From positions 21,576,001 through 21,640,000 of the forward strand of contig OX597835.1 in NCBI GenBank assembly GCA_951406725.2: DNA of 64,000 nucleotides, written 5' to 3'. The stretch comes from Octopus vulgaris. Lineage: Eukaryota. Positions 1 through 59,285 of this stretch are shown here, piece by piece. The first letter of the stretch is position 1. Every line of letters begins with the position of its first letter. The notes under the pieces were generated by a model. That model searched no databases and was not told where the DNA came from. It saw nothing but the letters and a program-made list of their open reading frames with translations. Position numbers and translations under genes: made by a program.

Positions 1-409
1 ATACATACATAAATACGTACGTACGTACGTACATACATACATACATACATACATGCCTACGTACATGCCTACATACATACATGCCTACATACATGCATAC
101 ATACATACATACATACAGACATACATACATGCATACATACCTACATACATACATGCATACATACCTACATACATACATGCATACATACATACATACGTAC
201 ATACATACATACATGCCTACATACATATATGCATACATACATACATACATACATACATACATACATACATACATACATACATACATGCATACATACATAC
301 ATACATACATGCCTACATACATATATGCATACATACATACATACATACATACATACATACATGCCTACATACATACATACATACATACATACATACATAC
401 ATACATACA

Positions 410-442
<33 letters not shown>

Positions 443-545
443 CATACATACATACATACATACATACATACATACATACATACATGCCTACATACATACA
501 TGCCTACATACATGCATACATACATACATGCCTACATACATACAT
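1..545. repeat. (TACA)n microsatellite; similar long arrays at 2685-3227, 24067-24350 and 30128-30605
   Basis: Direct inspection. Confidence 0.97.
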
Positions 546-1066
546 AGTGTAGTAAAGAGATTATTTTCAACTCACATGGTTGGGAACTCAGTTCCACTGT
601 GTGACACGTTGAGCAAGTGTCTTCTTCTAAAGTCTTATAAGTGGATTTAGTAGATGGAAACTGAAAGAAGCCTGTCAAATATATGTGTGTTTGTGTGTGT
701 GTCCTTGTGTCTGTGTTTGTCCTCTCCACTACCGCTTGACAACTGTTGCTAGCGTGCTTATATCTCGGTAACTTAGCAGTTCGACAAAACAGACCGATAG
801 AGTAAGTACCAGGCTTTTAAAAACTAAGTACTGGGGCTGATTCATTCAACTAAAAATTCTTCAAGGCAGTTCTCCAGCATGGCTGCAGTCTAATAATCGA
901 AATAAGTAAAAAGATATTGTCTCCTGCTTGTTAAAAACTTCTATATTTTGTGCAGCTGAAGATAGCACTGTATTTGAATTGATGTAATGATTGCATTGTT
1001 CAGTTAAATGGAGTCGCTTGAAACGGTCGTACAGCATTACTACTTGATATACTGTTGCTTATTTTG

Positions 1067-1151
<85 letters not shown>

Positions 1152-1225
1152 TATACATATATATGCTTATATATATACATACATATATATATACATAAAT
1201 ACATATATATACATACATACATACG

Positions 1226-1276
<51 letters not shown>

Positions 1277-1856
1277 ATATACATATATATGTATATAGAT
1301 ATATGTAAATATATGTATATATGTGTGTGTGTGTGTCTTTATGTATATGTATATATATATTTGTATATATATGTTTATATATATATATATATATATACAT
1401 ATATTCATGCATACATACATATATATGTGTATGTATGTGAGTATGTATGTGTATATGTGTGTATATGAATGTATGGTCAGATTGATCGCAAGTCTCCAAA
1501 GAGGTTGGTGTTAGTCTGCGTCGCCAAGACTTGTATTAGTTAGCGAGATCGATAAAAAGAGTATAGGGAACTTGCTGTAAGAGAGGGTGGTGAAAAATCT
1601 GACGTTTCGGAAAAAATCCTTCTTCAGACTTTAAGTTGAAAAAAGAAAAATTAGTAAGTGACAGCAAAATTTTACATCTTCTACTGGCTGCAACTCCTAG
1701 AGTCAAGTTTAATGGGCTGTTTTCATCATTTTAACTAAATAAGGGTCTATATTGTGTATACATTCTTGTTGGCTCTCTTTACATTGCTTGCTTACTAGGA
1801 CCGTTCTACGTGTTTTCTGTGTATTTGTCCGAATGCGAGAGTGGTAGTGAAGGTGA

Positions 1857-1912
<56 letters not shown>

Positions 1913-1963
1913 CTGGTAATGATGGTAGACTGATTTTTCTGGAATACTGCCAGTACCAACTCT

Positions 1964-2016
<53 letters not shown>

Positions 2017-2272
2017 TATCATCATCATCATTATCATCATCATCATTATCATCACCATCATCATCATGATCATCATAAACAATATCATCATCGCCGTCGT
2101 CGTCACCATCATCATCATCATCATCACTACCACCACTGTCATCATCATCATCATCATCATCAATGTCATCATCATCAGCATCATTATAATCATCATCATC
2201 GCCATCGTCATAATCATCATCATCATCATCATCACCACCACCTTCACCATCACAACCATCATCATCATTATC

Positions 2273-2304
<32 letters not shown>

Positions 2305-2375
2305 CATCACCACCACCATCATCATCATACCAACACCATCACCATCATCACTACCATCGTCATTACGATCACCAT
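1857..2375. repeat. (TAG)n and (CAT)n trinucleotide arrays
   Basis: Direct inspection. Confidence 0.95.
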
Positions 2376-3942
2376 CAACTTCAAGACAATAGCCATGAGA
2401 GTTGTCACCACCGCCATCCTCAACACCTTAATACCCGGCAAAAATCCGCCATGCCATCTACCCGACCCGACCACCACGCACCACCGACAGACGTCGCGTG
2501 ACCTTTCAGAATTTCACAAAGTGGATAGAGATGAGAAAGTCGGTCTTGAGAGAATGACATAGTATGTGCGTGACCATGGCAATAGCAATCCTATACAGAC
2601 GCGCACAGACAGACCGACAGACTGACAAGCAGACAGGCAGGCATATACATACACACAGAGACAGATATAGACAAGCAGGCAGGCATACATACATACATAC
2701 ATACATACATACATACATACATACATACATACATACATACATACATACATACATACGTACGAACGTACATATATGCATACATATTTGCATACATACATAC
2801 GTACGTGCATATATACACACATACATATTTACATACATATATACATACATACTTACATTAATTCATTCATACATACATACATACATACATACATACATGC
2901 AAAAATACTACGTACGTAAATATATACACACATATATATATATACACACATCCATATATACATACATACATATTTACATACATATATACATACATACGTA
3001 CGTACGAAAATACGTACGTACATATATATACACACATACATATATACATACATCCATACATACACACATACATATTTACATACATATATACAGACATACA
3101 TACATAGACACATACATACATACATACATACATACATAGACACATACATACATACATACATACATACATACATACATACATACATACTTACATTCATACA
3201 TACATACATACATACATACATACATACACACTGCTTACGAGACAGGCAAACTTCTTTACAAACATACCTAGATAATAACTGGCAGAGATAGATAGATATA
3301 TAGAGAAGGAGAGAGGGGAGGGTGGAACTATTCAAAACATACAACTATATCGACACACACACACAAATGCACATACATGCACATACGTTCATGTGTGTGT
3401 GAGTGTGTTTGTCTGTGTGTATGTATAAATATATTTTTTTGTGCAGTTCTTTGTTACGTCCCTTTTTGTGTTACATTTTTTTTCTTGCTCGTTTTACCCC
3501 TCTACGAGGTTATTTTATTTTAATTCTCTCGTAGGAAGGCCTAGCATGACCAGGCGTGTCCTGTCTTGCCTTCGAAACACGCTATGTCTGCTAGCGACAG
3601 CTGATGAAGGGGAGTTTTCCTTGTGCAGCATGTCCTGTACTTCATTTTTCTGCTGTACATAATGTTTTTCCCGTTTTCGTTTTCGTCTTGTTCCACGTCT
3701 CTGGCTTTTCCGTTTTCGTTTCTGTTGATTTTTACGTCTTCTTGTGGTGTCCTGTACGTATATATATATTTATATATGCATGTATATATACATATAGATG
3801 TCGGTACGTACATATATGTTTGTATTTATGCATATATTTTATTTATTACACTATATATATATATAGTTAATCCAAACAAGAAAGCACAAAAAAACAACAA
3901 CGCGAGGACGTGGAACAAATATAGTATTATTGGACGCTCAGG

Positions 3943-3977
3943 GTTTAACGTTTCGAGCGGAACTCTTCGTCGGAAAC
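3943..3977 (-). ncRNA. Minimal hammerhead-like motif, U4C variant
   Basis: gttt-CCGACGA-a-gag[ttccg]ctc-GAAA-cg-TT-aaac. Confidence 0.5.
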
Positions 3978-4074
3978 ATAGGAGAAGGAAAGATCCAGAG
4001 AAGGGAAGACAGAGGGAAAAAATCGCCAACGGTACACGCATGTACGTATGCATGCTTGCATGTTTGTATGTGTT

Positions 4075-4109
<35 letters not shown>

Positions 4110-4755
4110 TTTTTTTATTAAAGCTGCAAAAACATTATAGCATATATATTACAGAAAATGAGTACCATTATGCGGAGAGGTTGAGGGAAAAAACTCATAC
4201 ATGAATTCATGTAGGGGGAAATAGTTACCCGAAAAACCATAGGAATATGAAATGACACACCAATAATGAAAGACTGTGTACAATGAAAATAAATACCAGT
4301 GGGGAAACAAATAAGAATCTAACATTTTGGATTATAGCCCTTGACTTGGGAGCTGTCATGAAACTTAGGACTTATAAAGCCAGGGCTTAGCACGGCCTCC
4401 ATGGTAAATAAGTAACTCAGATTACAAACACTCATCTCTGAAGGGGCCGTGGTCCGTTGCAGGGTAAATTTCCCAGGTGTTGCTGAATATCATTTATAAT
4501 TGAGTCGTCTGGAGCAACGTGAAATAAAGTGTTTTGCGTACGAATACATGGCACTGCATGGTTCGGGAAGAGAAATTACGATCTTCCGATTGTGAAAGCA
4601 GCATTCCAGTCACTGGGCCCCAACCTCGTACCTTCGCTGTATTATTTATGAAAAGAGAATGAAAAGGAATAAGAGGTGCAAGAGAAAAAGAAACAATATC
4701 GAATTTACCACAACGTTTTACACAGAAGCCTTAGTTTTAATAAAAGTTAGATAGA

Positions 4756-4921
4756 AGGCGCAGGAGTGGCTGTGTGGTAAGTACCTTGTTTACCAACCAC
4801 ATGGTTCCGGGTTCAGTCCCACTGCGTGGCACCTTGGGCAAGTGTCTTCTACTATAGCCTCGGGCCGACCAAAGCCTTGTGAGTGGATTTGGTAGACGGA
4901 AACTGAAAGAAGCCTGTCGTA

Positions 4922-4954
<33 letters not shown>

Positions 4955-5184
4955 GCGTGTGTGTGTGTTTGTGTGTCTGTGTTTGTCCCCCTAGCATGGC
5001 TTGACAACCGATGCTGGTGTGTTTATGTCCCCGTTACTTAGCGGTTCGGCAAAAGAGACCGATAGAATAAGTACTGGGCTTACAAAAGAATAAGTCCCGG
5101 GGTCGATTTGCTCGACTAAAGGCGGTGCTCCAGCATGGCCGCAGTCAAATGACTGAAACAAGTAAAAGAGAGTAAAAGAGAGTA
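4756..5184 (+). mobile_element. tRNA-derived SINE family A
   Basis: Head GGAGTGGCTGTGTGGTAAG...GGTTCAGTCCC (A/B boxes), internal (TA)n(TG)n, tail (TAAAAGAG)n. Confidence 0.9.
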
Positions 5185-5483
5185 AGATCGGAAATGGAAA
5201 CACAATCCGGATCACAGTTCTCGTAAGTGAAGAAGGAGAGATAACGAGTAAGTGTGAAAGAGAATGAATGAAAAGAGACAGTAAGCGAAAAGGGGAGAAA
5301 GAGAGAAAGCGGGAGGAAGGGGAGAAGTGGATGAAAGCTATAACAAATGAAGGAGACAAAAGGCGAAGGAAAGAATGAGTTCGAATGGGAACTTCAAGAA
5401 ACCAGTTTGTGTATAACGAGTAGGAAAAGCTGAACTTTCATTTATGTTGATACTAAATGGCGTTTAAAAAGTGTTAAGGAATA

Positions 5484-5561
<78 letters not shown>

Positions 5562-5625
5562 CGTTTAAATATTTGTTGTGCAAGATTTTATTGGCTAAAC
5601 TGGCAATATGACCATTCCGAAATAT

Positions 5626-5661
<36 letters not shown>

Positions 5662-5842
5662 GTATGCATGTATAAAAGTGAATATACACATATATATTAT
5701 ATATGTAGATATAAACGTAGATATATGTTATATATATACCTACATATATACATATATATCCATATGTATGTGTTTGTGCGTGTATTTATATATATATATA
5801 CATCTGTGTATATATATATATATATATTGTATATATATATAT

Positions 5843-5895
<53 letters not shown>

Positions 5896-6057
5896 TATAT
5901 ATATACGTGTATATATATATATATATATATATATGGAGGCACATGGCTTAGTGGTTAGAGCAGGGGACTCGCGGTCGAGGAATCGCGGGCTTGAATCTCA
6001 GACAGGACGATGTGTGTGTTTATGAGCCAGGCATGGCTCGAGAAGGAACATACAACA

Positions 6058-6104
<47 letters not shown>

Positions 6105-6376
6105 TACATATGTTTGTGTGCGTATACTGTGTGGTGTGTCTCTGTGTGTGCGTATGCGTATTATGTGCCAAGGCTTCAACAAGTAAAAATAGCATTCGAT
6201 CAGCTAAGAGAGTAAAGATGTTATAATAAAATCCACAAGTCTTGTTAAACACAGCTGCCCAGGATTTCCTGGTCGAATCATTAATTTATTTCGACATTTT
6301 TCAAACTGAGAACAACACCGTTTTGTCAGTTGCTTTTTTAAACGTTTCTCCTTATCAGTGTCTTTGGTTAAAAAGT

Positions 6377-6437
<61 letters not shown>

Positions 6438-6439
6438 AG

Positions 6440-6654
6440 CACATATACGTACCGTATATGCACCATGTATTTGCTGGTAGGCTCTGATTTCGCGCGGTGA
6501 AGAATACTCTTGCAAAGCATCGGTGTTAAAACGCCTTAGAGTCATGGGCAGGTTTCTTTTTAACACCCGGCTCTGCTCTTTGAAAGAGTATTCTACACTA
6601 CACCAATAGTAATCTGGCGGCAAATACACGTAGCTTATGCGTTGAGTATATGTG
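6440..6654. repeat. ~215-bp degenerate palindrome (MITE-like)
   Basis: Paired segments cacatatac/gtatatgtg, agaatactctt/aagagtattct and ggtgttaaaa/ttttaacacc. Confidence 0.7.
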
Positions 6655-6789
6655 GATATGTGGCTGATAATGGTTATTACACTAGCGCTACTTCTATTTC
6701 ATAATTGAAACGCAACTTCATTTTGGGATCACCACTACTTTATTATCTCCCCTTCTCCCTAGCTCTCCTGTGTGACCCCTCTATCCGGC

Positions 6790-6990
6790 ATTCGCCATGA
6801 TAGATCGCTAGCCACTACACATTCTTTATTTTCTCTCCTTGTTTCTTTCTGTGTTCCTTTCTGTGGAAGAGCGTAGGCTCGAAACGTTAAAAGACTTTTT
6901 AACTTCCTGAGCGTTAAACTAATACATCTGTTTGTTGTCTACACCACCTGTCTTCGTCTTTTGTTTGTTTTTTAGTGAATTCTCCCTATA
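6790..6990 (+). mobile_element. Short repeat with hammerhead-like motif (CTGTGGA core, 6856-6893); second copy at 39065-39255 (-)
   Basis: cttt-CTGTGGA-a-gagc[gtag]gctc-GAAA-cg-TT-aaa; the two copies share ~190 nt and end at microsatellites. Confidence 0.55.
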
Positions 6991-7570
6991 TATATGTGTG
7001 TGTTAGTGTGCGTGTTTGTGTGTATGCATATAGTTAATTCAATGAACAAACAATTCAAAAAACGAATAAAAACGAAAAAAAGAGAAAAGAAAAACCTAAC
7101 ATGAAGACATGCACAAGAAATACATTAACTTGACGCTCGGTGACGGGAGAGAGTTTTTATTTCGAGCATAACTCTTCGTCGAAAAGAAGAATGGGAAAAG
7201 CCCAAAGGAGGACAAAAAATCGCCAACGGCTCAGATTATGCCTTGATATGCCACTCTTCAAGCACGTATGCTCGATTATAAGTTCTGCGCTAAATGAAGA
7301 CCTACAGGTCTGATGATTACCTTAACATGCCACAAAGTTTGAAGTATCCTATGGCAAAATAATTAGTTAATAAAACAATATATACACTAATGGAAGTTTG
7401 AGGTTATTAATACTCTTAAGTGGAACGCCTGAAGCATAGCGATTTTTTTCCACATGAAACCATCGGTAGCATTCTAAATCCCACAAGTACAGAATACCCA
7501 CCAAATGAGATGTTGAGCACTCACCCTCACTATTCGATATTATCATGTGTATGTCTCTGTGTCTGTGTGA

Positions 7571-7626
<56 letters not shown>

Positions 7627-7958
7627 CTTTGTACGGATTCAGGTATGTATGCATGTAGAACCGTGCAGTGAAATGAATATATTTCGGCGCTCTACCTCAT
7701 CCGTCACGTTTATGGCAAATAAGGAAATTGTCTTTCTTATAATAATACAAAACATTATCATCTATCATTTCGAATAATATTATTTATATTATTGTTCTAA
7801 TTATTGATACTTAAACGCATTGTTGTTGTTGCTGTTGTTGTTATTGTTGTTGTTGTTGTTGTTGTTGTAGATTTCATTTCTGTAATCCTAGTTGTGACTT
7901 CATGTTTTTACATATAGCCATGTCCATTACCGCACGCATCATAGACATCTATAATATG

Positions 7959-8182
<224 letters not shown>

Positions 8183-8207
8183 GTATATATATGTATGTAT
8201 ATATATG

Positions 8208-8257
<50 letters not shown>

Positions 8258-8274
8258 CACGCAAATCTGTGTGT

Positions 8275-8336
<62 letters not shown>

Positions 8337-9224
8337 CATGTGTATGCCTATTTGGAAAAATAAATATATATATATATGTATATATAAAGGTATAGATAGA
8401 CATATGTGTGTGTGTGTGTGTGTGTGTATACTTACATATATATATATAAACACACGTGTACACATATATGTGTATGTATATGTGCGTATGTGTGTAAGTA
8501 TGCATACGTATATGTCTGTGCACGTGTGTGCGTGTGTTTGTATGTATGTACGTTTGTATATTTTAAAGTCATTATAAAAGGTTATTGTAAGGTCTTTGTG
8601 CAATTTTGAATTTTAAATTTTAAATTTTTCTACATTTAGTTCTGTATAAGAAAGTATTAAGATGAAAAGAGCCTTTCCAAGCTTGATGCGTTTATTTTAT
8701 CGTCATCAATCAAAAAATGTATTATTATAATTTGTAGATTTTTTTGAAAGATTTAAGATGTACGTCAGCTTTATGTTGTGGAAGCAGAGACATATGTATA
8801 GACATAGAGAAGAGAGGGCAGAGGCAGGGAGATATGTATATTGGTTGGCAGGTAGGTGGGTAGGTAGGAAGGTTCGTTGGTTGGGTTGGTAGGTAGTTAG
8901 GTAGGTAGGTAGGTAGGTAGGTAGGTAGGTAGGTAGGTAGGTAGGTAGGTAGGTGGGTAGGTAGGTGGGTAGGTAGGTAGGTAGGTAGGTAGGTAGGTAG
9001 GTAGGTAGGTAGGGAAGGTAGATAGGTAGGTAGGCATGTAGGTAGAGATGGAGAGACAAACGCACAGACAGACAGATAGATAGGTAGGTAGGTAGGTAGG
9101 TAGGTAGGTAGGTAGGTAGGTAGGTAGGTAGGTAGGTAGGTAGGTAGGTAGGTAGGTAGGTAGGTAGGTAGGTAGGTAGGTATATATGAAGTATACATAC
9201 ATATATATATACATACATATATAT

Positions 9225-9652
9225 ACTCTTTACTCTTTACTCTTTTACTCTTTTACTTGTTTCAGTCGTGTGACTGTGGCCATGCTGGAGTACCGCCTTT
9301 AGTCGATCAAATCGACCCCAGGACTTATTCTTTGTAAGCTTAGTACTTATTTTATCGGTCTCTTTTTGCCGAACCGCTAAGTTACGGGGACGTTTACACC
9401 ACCAGTATCTGTTGTCAAGCGATGTTGGGGGGACAAACACAAACACGCACATACACATATATATATATATATATATATACATATATACGACAGGCTTCTT
9501 TCAGTTTCCGTCTACCAAATCCACTCACAACGCTTTGGTCGGCCCGAGGCTATAGTAGAAGACATTTACCCAAGGTGCCACGCAGTGGGCCTGAACCCGG
9601 AACCATGTGGTTCGTAAGCAAGCTACTTACCACACAGCCACTCCTGCGCCTA
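9225..9652 (-). mobile_element. SINE family A; partial copy follows at 9683-9862
   Basis: Reverse-complement full-length match. Confidence 0.9.
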
Positions 9653-9862
9653 TAATTACTATTAAAATGTCTAAAAGTATACCTCTTTTACTCTTTTACT
9701 TGTTTCAGTCATTTGACTGCGGCCATGCTGGAGCACCGCCTTTAGTCGATCAAATCGACCCCAGGACTTATTCTTTGTAAGCCTAGTACTTATTCTATCG
9801 GTCTTTTTTGCCGAACCGCTAAGTTAGGAGGACCTAAACACACCAACATCGGCTGTCAAGCG

Positions 9863-9912
<50 letters not shown>

Positions 9913-10201
9913 GTATGTATGTATGTGTATGGGTATTAGTTCGTGTACATTGGCGAAAACCTGGTGGCCTTAGGACGAATAAACGTCGCACCTAATAACA
10001 AAAACAACCACTTCATTGTACCCTTCATTTGACCTCTTTCTTTTAACCATCAGTGATTAGCCGAAGGAAACTTGTACCCAGCAACCCCATTCTTCACCAA
10101 TGAGATATCACATAAAAATGAATGAAATCAATTAAGAATTTAATTAATTAATTAATTAATTAAGATATATTAATTTTACATAGGTAATTATTTTCACTTA
10201 C

Positions 10202-56419
<46,218 letters not shown>

Positions 56420-56490
56420 CGTATTCCGGTAGCACTCTCGTCTTACGTATTTAAGCAAATGGAGATAATTATGGGGTTTTGATTGAGTTT

Positions 56491-56542
56491 AGACTGAAAT
56501 AGAAACGTACTGTGACTTGAGGTTGAGTGTGAAAGCTTTATA
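56491..56542 (-). promoter_or_regulatory. Candidate IDO core promoter (TATAAA plus TCAGT Inr-like), or a splice acceptor for an upstream non-coding exon
   Basis: Minus-strand TATAAA at 56542-56537 and TTTCAGTC ~75 nt upstream of the ATG; the latter also reads as a pyrimidine tract plus CAG. Confidence 0.25.
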
Positions 56543-56700
56543 CAAATATATCGAGTGTCGAATAATGTGAATTTTGTATAGTGTAGTATTGTGTAACGGT
56601 GTAAACTGTGTAGAGAATAATGCATGTATAGAATGTTTACTGAGGGTAGCTTTGATATTTATACACTCAGTGAGCGGTATGTATACATGTGATTGTCTGA

Positions 56701-56792
<92 letters not shown>

Positions 56793-57620
56793 ATTTGTGT
56801 TGATGTGTGTATATGTATGTGTGTGTGTGTGTGTTTGTGTTTCTGAGGTGTGTGCGTTTATGTTTTTATACACGTCATTGTCATTAAATTAACCACCCAA
56901 AGTAATAAACACTAGAAATCTGTTGTTTAATTAAGCAATAGGTGTGTGTGTGTGTGTGTGTGTGTGTCCATATGAGTGTCCATATGAGTGTCCATCTGTG
57001 TATGTGAGTTTATATGAATGTGTGAATTGTTTTAAGTGTTTATATATATATATATATATATATACACATGAAGATTAAAAGAACAGAGATATATGATTGA
57101 CATATTATATATTTAATTTATTGACATTATAATATAATTATCATAAAATATAATATAATATAATATAATATAATATGATATAATATAATATAATAAGAAT
57201 ACGAAAACAAATATTTGTTCTACAATTTGTTTCGATTCATACCCAATTATGAATCTATAAAAAAATTCATATTTATGGGTATATATCACATCAGGGTAAT
57301 ATTTACCAAAAATCAGACAAAAATTCCATGCAAAGATTGCTAAATCATAGAATATGCTGAATTAAATATACTTGTGTTTGTAAGCGTGAGCGTCGTTAGA
57401 ATTTTAAACTATTATAAAAATAAAGATTAAAAAATTCAAATAAATAAAATAACTTAATAAAAACTAGTACAACGGTCATAAAATATTCTCATACACTTTT
57501 AAGAATATTAATCTAAAAATATTTTAATCTAAAAACATTTCTGCTCATTATAATCTAAATAATATGCTAAGAATTTATGGCGGAGTAAGAAATATATTCT
57601 TCAATTCTTCATACTATTAT

Positions 57621-58028
57621 GGAGTGGTTGTGTGGTAAGTAGCTTGTTTACCAACCACATGGTTCCGGGTTCAGTCCCACTGCGTGGCACCTTGGGCAAG
57701 TGTCTTCTACTATAGCCTCGGGGCAACCAAAACCTTGTGAGTGGATTTGGTAGACGGAAACTGAAAGAAGCCCGTCGTATATATGTGTATATATATATGT
57801 GTGTTTGTGTGTATGTTTGTGTGTCTGTGTTTGTCCCCCCCCAACATCGCTTGACAACCGATGCTGGTGTGTTTACGTCCCCGTCACTTAGCGGTTCGGC
57901 AAAGGAGACCGATAGAATAAGTACTAGGCTTACAAAGAATAAGTCCTGCGGTCGATTTGCTCGACTAAAGGCGGTGCTCCAGCATGGCCACAGTCAAATG
58001 GATGAAACAAGTAAAAGAGTAAAAGAGT
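57621..58028 (+). mobile_element. SINE family A
   Basis: Near full-length match. Confidence 0.9.
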
Positions 58029-58199
58029 ATTATCAGACAAAATACTCAGAAGCATTCATTAATCTCGAAAAAGAAACAACTCGGTCAATACTAAATAATA
58101 TAAATTACACTTTATTCATTATTCATAATCACCAATAGTAAAATTACAATCAAAATAAAAATCACGAAGTTTTATTAAGAAAATGACTTTCGTAAAAAA

Positions 58200-58640
58200 T
58201 GAAAATATAAATATACTCCCTGGAGAGAAGACGAGAGAGGTATGCAGTAATATATGTCTGGAAGATCCTGGAAGGAATTGTGCCAAATTTTAGCATTGTA
58301 AGCTACACCAATGCTAGAACGGGACGACACTGCATAATGCCAAAGATCCCAGCAATGCCATCACGCTTCAGGACCAGCTTCTGCAACAGCCTGGGTTTCA
58401 AGGGCCCACAGCTTTTTAATATTCTCCCAAAGAGTCTGAGGAACTTGCACAAGGTGGATGTAGCAGTTTTTAAATCAAAGCTGGACATCTTCCTGTCAAG
58501 AGGTGCAAATAAGAGTAGCTGTATCAAACTCCATTCTTCACCAAGTGCCACATATTAGACGAGGTTCGTCGTAATAACAGTATAGCACAAAACGGCGGTG
58601 CATCAGCATGGTCGCAGCTCTGAGCTGAAACTAGGAAAAA
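58200..58640 (+). mobile_element. 3' end of a CR1/L2-group LINE
   Basis: YSLERRRERYAVIYVWKILEGIVPN...GPQLFNILPKSLRN...FKSKLDIFL, then a 3'UTR stem-loop. Confidence 0.8.
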
Positions 58641-58802
58641 ATATATATGCATCAATATAGTTAATAACATAATTATATTCTTTTCTACACTAGGCACAAG
58701 GCCCGAAATTTGTGGGGAGCCAGCAAGTCGATTAGATCTCCCCCCCAGTACGCAACTGGTACTTAATTTATCGACCCCGAAAGGATGAAAGGCAAAGTCA
58801 TC

Positions 58803-59216
58803 TCATAAAGAATGCGTTTTTATTTTTCAATTGCATGAACTAAAAGTCAGAGGTGGACGGAATAAACAACCTGCATCAACTTACTGTAAAGCAGGTTGTA
58901 ATTCTATCTCGTACTTATTCTTAGTGCAAGTTTTGAAAAATTTAGTTCGATTTTAACAGTTATTTTTTCAAAGCTATAATGGAAGTGACAAAGGAACATA
59001 TTTTGCAACGCAACGGAAAGTGCGCGGAATATTAATATAGGCGCAGGAGTGGCTGTGTGGTAAGTAGCTTGATTACCAGCCACATGGTTCCGGGTTCAGT
59101 CCCACTACGTGGCACCTTGGGCAAGTGTCTTCTACTGTAGCCCCGGGCCGACCAAAGCCTTGTGAGTGGATTTGGTAGACGGAAACTGAAAGAAGCCCGT
59201 CGTATATATGTATATA

Positions 59217-59285
<69 letters not shown>

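Noticed and set aside
53-3344. Long ORFs rich in YIHT, MYVC, poly-His and poly-Ser
   Set aside because: Translations of (TACA)n, (CAT)n and (TAG)n microsatellites; no domain content.
3565-3612. Possible permuted (type II) hammerhead GAAA...CTGATGA
   Set aside because: The cleavage triplet and stem II register do not fit cleanly; alternative pairings exist.
7670-7708. Hammerhead-like CGGATGA...GAAA on the minus strand
   Set aside because: U4 is changed and the cleavage-site nucleotide is missing; too degenerate to support.
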